This document shows, one piece after another, positions 53,359-64,000 of a stretch of 64,000 nucleotides of DNA (the first letter of the stretch is position 1; each line of letters opens with the position of its first letter). The position numbers and the translations under genes were made by a program. The stretch is from Octopus vulgaris (lineage: Eukaryota). Location: assembly GCA_951406725.2 (NCBI GenBank), contig OX597841.1:11098001-11162000 (forward strand), in the 5' to 3' direction. The notes beneath the pieces were generated by a model. The model searched no databases. It had not been told where the DNA came from and saw only the letters and a list, made by a program, of their open reading frames with translations.

Positions 53359-55561
53359 TTCATTAAGGTTGTTCGATCATGTGAAAAAAAAAAAAAGAGA
53401 CAGTTGAAAATTAAAATTAGTAGCTCGTTAGTGGTTGTGCTAGTACCACCTCGTTACCGAGAGTGTAACCCTTCCCTGCCACTTTGTGCATGTGAGTCTG
53501 AATATAATTGTGTGTGTGTATATATATACACACACACACATTTGTATACATACACATAAACATGTGTGTATATATATATATATATATATACACACACATT
53601 TGTATACATACATATAAATGTGTGTATATATATACACACACACATTTGTATACATACACATAAACATGTATATATATATATATACACACACACACATTTG
53701 TATACATACACAAATATGTATATATACACACACATTTGTATACATACACAAACATGTGTATATATATATATACACACATTTGTATACATACATATAAATG
53801 TGTGTATATATATATACACACACACACACACACATTTGTATACATACACAAATATGTATATATATACACACACACATAAACATGTGTATATATATATATA
53901 CACACACATTTGTATACATACATATAAATGTGTGTATATATATACACACACACATTTGTATACTTACACATAAACATATGTATATATATATATATACACA
54001 CACACACATTTGTATACATACACGAATATGTATATATACACACACATTTGTATACATACACATAAACGTGTGTGTATATATATATATATACACATGCATA
54101 CATATACACACACATATACATACACTTTATTGTTGGTCTGAGGTGCTCTTGTTTTACATACTGGATGTGTGTGTATAATGATATATATATATAGCCATGT
54201 AATGTACTTTATATATGTATTGTATATGCATTTTACATATATATTCTATGTTTATATATTATATATATGAACATTACATTTATATTGTAAGTATATACAT
54301 ACCATATATGAACACATTACATAAATATATAGACATATGATGCATATATACACACATATTCACTCGGAGTATTGTTTAGAAATTTTGCATTCATAATACA
54401 TGTATAAAAATCTCCATTATTAATTGATGTGCATAAAAATATAAATATAAAAATAGTGTGTGTATATATAATAGAAATCCACACATACAACTCTCTCTCT
54501 CTCGATATATATATATATATATATATGTTCTTTTAAGAACGTAGTAGAGTATAAAGCTTATTCACCTTTGGATTTCACCCTGTGCTATCCAGTAGGAGTA
54601 TTCTGTGTACTTCCAGGTTTGTGTTTCGGCTTCTGCCACGTGTGAATAGATAACTGAAAAAATTTGGAGTCAACAAGAAGGAGTCTGGCTGGGCATTCAT
54701 TTTTTAATCACAACAATTGTAGCTACGCAACACACTTCCCCAGCCGTGCAGGTACTTGATTATGCAACTGTCTCCTTTCATTATGAGATCTGTGCTTCGT
54801 CCGTCAGGAAACATGTAAATCTTGAAGCCGAGATTTTGAACTTATGGAGACAATATTTACCTATCTATCGCCTGAGGAAACAACTCGATTTAATAATGCA
54901 AGAAAACAGTTACATAATCAAGTACCTGCATGCTTGGAGAACTGCGTTGCAACGAAACAATTGTAGTGTTTAAAAAAAATCAAACTGATGCTGTCCTCAT
55001 GAATGTGGTTTCAATACCCAGGCTGGATTTGCATTGCGCTCTTGAGCAAGACATTTCATTTCATGCTACTCCTGTCCACTCAGCTGTAGCTGAGTGTCCC
55101 TGTGGTGGGCTACCCTTCTGATCAGATGGTGGGTGTTGGCTTGTGCATTTAGCCAGCATCATCCAAAAGCTAAAATGATGCAAAGCGTGTTGTCTCCAGT
55201 GATGTACAACAGCTGATAATCTGGTTGATCACATCATACATACATGCAGTGTAGGGTAGGTTTGAAAAGCCAGATCTAGCTAGTTAGATCTTAAGACAGG
55301 AGGATATTTGTGCCAGTTAGAAACAAGGAAATCTTAAAAACCTTTCTTCTATCAGGTCTGTTTTGGAAAAAAAAAATGTGATTAATCAGTTTTAATTGAA
55401 GAAAATTTCTTTTTTTTTTAATATTCTGATTGTATCAGGAACCCTTTCTAAAAAAGTTTTTGGTAAGTATATATCTGCATACAATCTCACATGAAAAGAT
55501 ATATATACTGTGTGTGAAAAGATATATATACTGAACAAGCATATAAAAATAATCACACATG

Positions 55562-55623
<62 letters not shown>

Positions 55624-55861
55624 CTTATTCACACACATGTATACACACGCAAATTCATACACAACCATATATTTTACATTATATACCCCACCATATATGT
55701 ATCTGTATATATACACACACAGCTGTATGTATCTGTGTGTATATATATATATATTTATATAAACACACACACATATATATGAATACACATATTTATCTTA
55801 TATATGTACACACACACACACGTGTGTGTGTTTGCATGAGTAAATATATGTATTTAAAAGA

Positions 55862-55912
<51 letters not shown>

Positions 55913-56070
55913 GAATACACATATTTATCTTATATATGTACACACACACACACACGTGTGTGTGTTTGCATGAGTAAATATATGTATTTAAAAGACACAC
56001 ACACGCACGCACTATACTCAAAGAAGGTAGAAAGAAGAGAAGGCGAGGTTGTTGCTCTTTGTTGCCCTCT

Positions 56071-56245
56071 TCAGTGTCCGGAGATAAAAAACTGTGCAAT
56101 GAAATTTGCAAATCCGAGCAAAATGAAGAACGTGTGGATGAAGAACGAGTGCCAGGTAAGTTGATGTTTCTCATAAAGGGAAATAAGATGGATGAGGAAA
56201 GGCAAGCCAAGGGCGTAGGAGAAACCGCAGAAGGCTCCGACAAAC
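56071..56245 (-). CDS. SLC38A9: SLC38A9 last coding exon FVGAFCGFSYALGLPFLIHLISLYEKHQLTWHSFFIHTFFILLGFANFIAQFFISGH*
   Basis: Acceptor ttcttcttacag| on the minus strand. Aligns to the SLC38A9 C-terminal TM helices (GAxCG...P....ISL....LTW....H...ILGxANxIxQFF). Absent from the ORF track. Confidence 0.92.
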
Positions 56246-56457
56246 CTGTAAGAAGAAGAACAACAACAACAGCATTATTTCGGTTTTGGGATTTGGTTTA
56301 CAAGATTCTTTATAGGAATTCGTGTGTTGAAGCATTTTTTGTTGCGTCTGGGGAGAGAGTCATTTTCTTTTTGTGCCTTATTATTTAACACACTCACCGG
56401 TAAAATTTCCACTTTTTTTTCTTATTTTTCGTGACGTATGTTTGCCATTTAAATATG

Positions 56458-57096
56458 GCTAACCCCTAAGGGTGGATGCTACTGTAGTTTGTAGCCCCAG
56501 GAGAACACCTCCTCCAGCTGGCTTTAGGTGTCGTCCTGGGGCTACAAACCCCTAAGGGTGGATGCTACTGTAGTTTGTAGCCCCAGGAGGACACCTCCTC
56601 CAGCTGGCTTTAGGTGTCCTCCTGGGGCTACAAACCCCTAAGGGTGGATGCTACTGTAGTTTGTAGCCCCAGGAGGACACCTCCTCCTCCAGCTGGCTTT
56701 AGGTGTCCTTGGGGCTACAAACCCCTATGGGTGGATGCTACTGTAGTTTGTAGCCCCAGGAGGTCACCTCCTCCTCCAGCTGGCTTTAGGTGTCGTCCTG
56801 GGGCTACAAACCCCTATGGGTGGATGCTACTGTAGTTTGTAGCCCCAGGAGGACACCTCCTCCAGCTGGCTTTAGGTGTCCTTGGGGCTACAAACCCCTA
56901 AGGGTGGATGCTACTGTAGTTTGTAGCCCCAGGAGGTCACCTCCTCCAGCTGGCTTTAGGTGTCGTCTTGGGGCTAGAGTAACCCCCCCCCTTTGTGGTT
57001 AGCCATATTGAGATGGCTATTATACTTTACATCTCTAAAAATGCTTATAGAGTTATTTCCCTTACAAACCCGAGCAACGCTGGGCGATACTGCTAG
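56458..57096 (+). mobile_element. Helitron 3' part carrying about 6 hairpin-forming minisatellite units of about 86 bp
   Basis: Unit contains tttgtagccccagga...tcctggggctacaaa. Element ends cccgagcaacgctggg...CTAG|T. Confidence 0.75.
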
Positions 57097-57890
57097 TCAT
57101 ATATATATATATAGTGTGTGTTTATGTTTGTCTCCCCCCCCACTAGGCTTACAAGGAATAAGTCCTTGGGTTGATATTTGTGACTAACACTCTTTAAGGT
57201 GGTGCTCCAGCATGGCCACGTTCAAAATGACTGAAACAAGTGAAAGAAAGACTATATGACATGTTTCTTTCCATTTCTGTCTACCAAATCCAGGGCTTTG
57301 GTTGGCCTTGAAGTTATAGAAGAAGATAATTGCCCAAGGTGGTGCCCCAGCATGGCCGCGGCCTTCGGGCTGAAACATTTTAAAGGATTTAAGGTAGCAC
57401 TCAGTGGGATCGGGACCCCCTTCGGTCACGACACTGACCATGGGATTGCACCTAGAAAGTTACCCTCCTAATCGCAAGTCTGGGCAAAGTGGTTTATGGA
57501 AGACCAGCAGTCGCCCATGCATCCCGGCCTCCCCTCTCCACGCCACCAGGGTTATCCAAGGGAAAGACAAAGGGGCCGATACAGCTTGGCACCAGTGAGG
57601 TCGCATCTCATTTCTACAGCTGAGTGAACTGGAGCAACGTGAAATAAAGTGTCTTGCTCAAGAACACAACACGCAGCCCGGTCAGGGATTTGAGCTCACA
57701 ACCTCACGACTTAAGCTCGACGCGCTAACCACTGAGCCCTGAACCTGGAACCATGTGGTTGGAAAGCCAACTTCTGACCACACAGCTGTTTCAATCTGTT
57801 TAGTAATGCTGGTGGTGGTTGTGATCGAGTAATATAGTAATTGTGAGATGTGAGTGTGCATAGTTCAGGGAGAGGAAGATAGCAACTTAC

Positions 57891-57980
57891 CCGATGACTT
57901 TCCCAATTTTAGGCAGGAAACACGCAAACAGGATGCTGATTGCACACATGAGTAGATTCATAAGGACCACTTTGAGTACC
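57891..57980 (-). CDS. SLC38A9: SLC38A9 penultimate exon VLKVVLMNLLMCAISILFACFLPKIGKVI-G
   Basis: ttatttcag| ... GG|gtaagt, 90 nt, phase 2/2, in frame with 56245. Resembles HVLILN...MACFYPNIGGII. Confidence 0.9.
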
Positions 57981-58737
57981 CTGAAATAAATAAGGGAGAA
58001 GACTGTGATGCGGTGGCCTTTATCCATTAACCACTCAGAGAGAGGAAGAAAGAAAAAAAAGAGTGTTGATCATTTCTAGAAAAAAATGGGAAGGTCATGG
58101 TTGGAACGCTTTTAAGCATTTAATCCAGTCATATCTGCACGGAATATTCCACTGGTTTTATGCTCAAACCAGTCAGATCTGGCCTCTTACACATACCCTA
58201 CAATGTCATCCGGAAACGTTAACAGGTGCCTCATCAAAAGATTCTTATCTTTTGTTTCAGTCATTGGGCTGCAGCCATGCTGGAGCACCACCTTGAAGGC
58301 TTTCAGTTGAATGGATTGACCCTGGTACGTATTTGTTAAGCCTGGTACTCATCCAATCAATTTGTTTTGCTGAACTGCTAAGTTACAAATGTCAATACAC
58401 CAACGCCAGTTGTCAAACGATGGTGGGGTACAAACACACACAAAAACACACATATACATACACACATACACACACACACACACACATACATACATACATC
58501 CATAAATACATACATACATACATACATACATACATACATACATAAAATCAAAAATAAGCAACAAGAATGGATCCGGTAATTTAGTACAATTGTTTCATAC
58601 TACAACATTTTATTGAAAGCTGTAAATATTACAGCAGATTTAAGATGCCGAGTAATTTTCAGCTAATTTTATATAGGTTTTCCAATAATATAAAGTTCTC
58701 AAATCAATTAATAACATCTTAGGGAAGGTAAATAATA

Positions 58738-58829
58738 AAATTAGCTGAAGATTACTCGGCATCTTAAATCTGCTGTAATATTTACAGCTTTCAATAAAAT
58801 GTTGTAGTATGAAACAATTGTACTAAATT
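58738..58829 (+). ncRNA. Minimal hammerhead ribozyme motif in an inverted Penelope-like terminus (arms 58550-58672 and 58735-58858)
   Basis: TTAG-CTGAAGA-long stem II (tact..cggcat..gctgtaa/ttacagc..atgttg..agta)-GAAAC-AATT-GTA-CTAA. Confidence 0.72.
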
Positions 58830-59056
58830 ACCGGATTCATTCTTGTTGCTTATTTTTTATTATAATCACCCCGCATAATTTTATGGGTAACACCATACAA
58901 AATTCTGGTGCATCTAAATTAAGTACCATATTCATTTGAATCTAAATTGTTGCTGATCTATATATATATATATATATATATACCAGGTCGAAAAAATAGT
59001 ACTCAAATACCAGAGGTAGAGTAATATGCTTCATTTAAAAGCAGCAGAAATATAAC

Positions 59057-59104
59057 AAAAGCTGTTACTCAGAGTTTCATGTTCCCGTTTGTCAGACAGT
59101 TTTG
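59057..59104 (-). ncRNA. Degenerate hammerhead motif
   Basis: aaaactgt-CTGACAA-acgggaacat-GAAAC-tctga-GTA-acagctttt. Core G8 is mutated to A. Confidence 0.5.
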
Positions 59105-60359
59105 TTTAGAATGGAACAAAAACAAGGTTATAAGCAAACCTGAAATTAGTTTAACCCTTTAGTGTTCAGATTATTCTATCAAACATAATGCCTATTGATT
59201 CCCATTGATTTGAATTAATCATGCATTATCTCATATCTTCAAGATCTTGATGGTGTAATTACTTAATGTAGAATAACATTGTAGGGTAGGTGTGAGGGCC
59301 TGGATCTGGTCAGTTTGAACATAAAACAGATTAACTATTTTGGCCGGATATGGCATTAGGAAGGGCATCCAGCCATAGAAACACTGCCAGATCAGACGGC
59401 CTGGTGCAGCCTTCTGGCTTCACAGACCCCAGTTGAACCGTCCAACCCATGCTAGCATGGAAAGTGAACGCTTAATGATGATGATGATGATGGCCGGTTT
59501 AAATACTAAAGGGTTAATGGATACACATTTGAAAATGGTTTTGTTTTGTTGGTTGAAAGGACCAACGAAACAGTTTGTGATATTTCTGCTGCTTTGTAAT
59601 AAATACACATACACACACACATGGTGGGATTCTTTCAGTTTCCATCTTTCAAATCCACTCACAAGGTTTTGGTTGGCTTGTGGCTATAGCAGAAGACATT
59701 TGTTGAAGGTGCCATGCAGTGGGACTGAACCTGGAACCATGTGGTTGCGAAGCAGGCTTCTTACCACACAGCCACACCTGTGCCTATGGTAATGTATGAT
59801 TAATTGAAGATGATGCGAATGAATGAGCAATCCTTTTGACCAAACTACGTGAATGCTGATGGGTTGATCAGAGTTGGCAACAGACAACCTTCTGCACTAC
59901 GGGGATGTAAACATACCAACACCGGTCATCAAGCAAAAGTGGAGGGACAGGCACATGCATATGCATATATATATATATATATATAATTAAAAATGAGGGT
60001 GTCTAAGAGACACCAACATGCCGAAATAGCAGTCGAAATTCTGACTATAAAAACCACGTTAAAGTGTTCATATCGTACCATGGGATAAGACAGAGGGACA
60101 AAATATACAAGCAAAAATTATTGAATAATTCAAGATCCAGGATTCTGGTTTTGCTTTAGATAAGCTTTACCGTCATCAATTGAATATATCAAGGGTACAT
60201 AAATACAGATATATATATGCAGAACAAATGATATACTTATATATACGAACGTCCATACATAAATACATATGCACATATGCACGCGGCCAGTTAAATTGCA
60301 CCCCATAAGCACGATTATATTCGTTATTATAATTCGCTATATAATTATTTATATAAATT

Positions 60360-60390
<31 letters not shown>

Positions 60391-60594
60391 ACAAGTAACG
60401 AGAGAGAGTCCACATGTGGTCAACTCTAACGCTAGATATAGCTCCACGAAGGGAATCCACCATTAAAGAATTGTTCTCAAGAATTAAATTCAACGCGCCA
60501 AGAATGTAAGCGAGCAGGACAAATGAAAAATAACGGAAAAATAGATTAACTCTATACAATTGTTTCACCATTAATAGATTGTGTAATTTTACTT

Positions 60595-60998
60595 AGGAGT
60601 GGCTGTGTGGTAAGTAGCTTGTCTACCAACCGCATGGTTCCGGGTTCAGTCCCACTGCGTGGCACCTTGGGTAAGTGTCTTCTGCTATAGCCTCGGGCCG
60701 ACCAAAGCCTTATGAGTGGATTTGGTAGACGGAAACTGAAAGAAGCCCGTCGTATATATGTATATATATATATGCGTGTGTGTGTTTGTGTGTCTGTGTT
60801 TGTCCCCGAGCATAGCTTGACAACCGATGCTGGTGTGTTTATGTCCCCGTCACTTAGCGGCTCGGCAAAAGAGACCGATAGAATAAGTACTGGGCTTTAA
60901 AAAGAATAAGTCCCGGGGTCGAGTTGCTCGATTAAAGGTGGTGCTCCAGCATGGCCGCAGTCAAATGACTGAAACAAGTAAAAGAGTAAAGAGTAAAG
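60595..60998 (+). mobile_element. Near full-length SINE-A inserted into a hammerhead-bearing repeat
   Basis: A-box tggctgtgtgg, B-box ggttcagtccc, gtaaagag tail. The flanks rejoin to match 19860-19960. Confidence 0.88.
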
Positions 60999-63900
60999 AG
61001 AATCATTTTCGAATCTTCAGTAGAGTATATCAAAAAAATATACTTTGCTGAGTCAAACGCCAACATCAACACGAAGCCAAAACAAAGGCAAATGGCACAG
61101 GCGATTATATCTGCAGTTATGTTCAAATATCCTCATTCTCACGCTAAACCCGGATGCAAATACTACCCCAGTAGTTTACAGCCGGTTTGAGAACATATTA
61201 ATTTATAATTGAAATCACAATAAGGGTGAAAAAAATTATATATGTATATATATATTCTTTTATTTGTTTCAGTCATTTAACTGTGGCCATGCTGGAGCAC
61301 CGCCTTTAGTTGAACACATCGACCCCAGGACTTATTCTTGGTAATCCTAGAACTTATTACTTATTCTATCGGCCTCTTTTGCTGAACTGTTAAGTTACAG
61401 GGATGTGAGCACACCAACATCGATTCTCAAGTGGTGGTGGTGGTGGTGGTGGTGGTGGGGGCAAACACACACAAAAACATACACACACACACACACATAT
61501 ATACACGATGGGCTTCTTTCAGTTTCCGTCTACCAAATCCAATCACAAGGCTTTGGTTGGCCTGAGGCTATAGTAGAAGACACTTGCCAAAGGTACCCCA
61601 TAATGGGACTGAACCTGGGACCATGTGGTTGGCAAGCAAGCTTCTTATCACACAGCCACACCTTAAAAACTAAAATATTTCATGAATTGTAGAAGTGTAA
61701 CTAATTTATTATACTTAAATTTTAACATCAAAATCTTCTGTGGACCTTCAAGGGTGACGTGGACCCCTATGAAAACCACTATAATAGACTGACCTGCCAC
61801 ACCTCCACAAACACCCCAAATATGGTACCTCCCATACAGATCTCCCCGTATAATGTCCTGTGGACCAGTCCCACTTCCTTTGGAGCCCCTTGCTTTGCAG
61901 GGATCCCTACAGACTGCGCCATCCTCAGGCCTCTACAGATATTCCTCACTCTGCAGCCATCTCAACAGACTGCATACCACCATGGGCCATCAAAAGCACA
62001 GACAGACACACGCCAGGTTTCCACCCCCTACACACCTTTATGTTTCTACACAGACCTGTACACACACCAGACCTACACACTTACTGACCACCAAACTCAA
62101 ACACCAGGCCATCACCTGCTCCCCCGCCCGACCCTACACATACCCACCCCCAACCTCCACGCATACTCTTCTGCCCACCACCTGAGAGCCCCCACTTCCA
62201 ACAACCATTCCAACAGAACACCCATCGCTCCAGACGACCCACCAACCTCGACCCCCACCCCACCCCCACCCTACACTCACCCCCAGCAGACACCCTGCCT
62301 GCTTTGCCACCCCTATAACCCACCCACCTGGCCAAAATAATGAGTCTACTTACCCAGGGTAAATATTTCCAGAGACCACATGGAAGAACTGAACTCGAAA
62401 CACATAGATTAGCAACGGGAAGACTGCGACCATCTGGAGCAACATACAGGCTCGGGCTGCAAATGCCAGGCTATCGTCTAACGGAAGATTGTTTAGTATA
62501 TTCTAGAAATAGAAACAAATGTACTTATTGCGTATATATATGAAGGACAGTTCATCTGCGGCAGAGAAGGTAAAATATTTTATTATAATTCTGGAGTAAT
62601 AGTAAATCAGTGATTTGTGGAAATACAAACTTGATACAGGTTCCAATATGCCTCAACCATATTTAAACTGGTAAGTAACCCATTCACTGGGTTTCTTACA
62701 GTGGAAAGGTGTTAGTACACTGAGGGAGCCCACAACGTCACCTAACCAGACCATTGGAGGCATACATTTTGGAGTCATTTTCTCCTCTTCAGCAGCAGAG
62801 ACCAGAAAGGCAGATACTACAAACTGATATGAGAGATAGGTCTCTTTAGGATATTCTTGTTATCGTTCAAGTGAGAACATAACCCATAGCCTCAGTCCAC
62901 TTATGCATACCTTTCCTTCTTGGGACACAAAACTCTAATTGTGAAGACCTGTTGAGGCAAGTGAAAATCAAAATCAATCAACATGAATGGAAATTGTAGC
63001 TGTGATACCAGTGCCGGTGGCACATAAGAGAACCATCCGAACATGGCCGTTGCCAGCGCCACTCCAATGGGCCTCCGTGCCAGTGGCACGTAAAAAGCAC
63101 CATCCGATCGTGGCCGTTTGCCAGCCTCGCCTGGCACCTGTGCTGGTGGCACGTAAAAAGCACCATCCGATCGTGGTCGTTTGCCAGCCTCGTCTGGCAC
63201 CTGTGCTGGTGGCACGTAAAAAGCACCCACTACACTCACGGAGTGGTTGGCGTTAGGAAGGGCATCCAGCCATAGAAACTTTGCCAGATCAGACTGGAGC
63301 CTGGTGCAGCCTTCTGGCTTCCCAGACCCCAGTTGAACCGTCCAACCCATGCCAGCATGGAAAGCGGACACTAAACGATGATGAGATGATGATGATGTTC
63401 AATGACTGGTTGTGCTGTTCAGCAGCTCACCATATATAAAACACAGGGTGACAGAACTGATCAGATGGCTGTAAACAGCAAACTCATTACCATTTTGAAT
63501 ATGCTTGAAGCGTATTTGAACTCATAAAAAAACCATTCATTCTGTTTTCATCATCATCATCATCGTTTAACGTCCGCTTTCCATGCTAGCATGGGTTGGA
63601 CGGTTCAACTGGGGTCTGGGGAGCCCGAAGGCTGCACCAGGCCAGTCAGATCTGGCAGTGTTTCTACAGCTGGATGCCCTTCCTAACGCCAACCACTCCG
63701 AGAGTGTAGTGGGTGATTTTATGTGCCACCGACACAGGTGCCAGACGGGTGGCGACGTGCCACGCTCGGATGGTGTTTTTATGTGCCACCGACACAGGTG
63801 CCAGATGAGGCTGGCAGACGGCACGCTCGGATGGTGTTTTTATGTGCCACCGACACAGGTGCCAGATGAGGCTGGCAGACGGCCACGCTCCGATGGTGTT

Positions 63901-64000
63901 TTTTATGTGCCACCAACACAGGTGCCAGACGAGGCTGGCGACGGCCACGATCGGATGGTGTTTTTTATGTGCCACCGACACAGGTGCCAGACGAGGCTGG

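Noticed and set aside
56075-56155. Plus-strand exon-like segment (ctcttcag|...CAG|gtaagt) and ORF 56059-56388
   Set aside because: It is the antisense of the SLC38A9 last exon, whose minus-strand translation has clear homology.
60932-61126. Hydrophobic minus-strand ORF as a further SLC38A9 exon
   Set aside because: It lies in the Penelope-like repeat plus SINE and does not match the expected LLFQMxTVYPL segment.
62478-62528. CGGAAGA...GAAAC-AAAT-GTA hammerhead-like motif
   Set aside because: The core is mutated and stem I does not pair convincingly.

Overview
Repeat-saturated animal genomic DNA, most likely an octopod cephalopod (inferred from the SINE families and microsatellite load). It holds three intron-containing genes. 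(1) 5' coding exons of p70 S6 kinase (RPS6KB, + strand, about 4.0-9.9 kb). One exon has a 1-nt frameshift, and the gene runs into a 105-bp satellite and a 100-N gap. (2) A complete mitochondrial ferrochelatase (FECH, + strand, 10 coding exons, 19102-52235, about 416 aa) with the catalytic His/Glu and all four [2Fe-2S] Cys. (3) The last two coding exons of SLC38A9 (- strand, 56071-57980), converging on FECH. The rest is SINEs, LINE fragments (RTE, CR1, R4/Dong), DNA transposons (mariner, pogo-like, piggyBac-like, Helitron), and tandem repeats. Most long ORFs in the supplied track are microsatellite artefacts. Two observations stand out. The FECH exon-end plus 5' splice site (TGGCAGTCTAAG|GTGAGT) is amplified into 14 extra in-frame, stop-free copies. 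Several minimal hammerhead-ribozyme motifs of the Penelope-like-element type also occur, including a covarying homologous pair and a G3-C8 core-swap variant.
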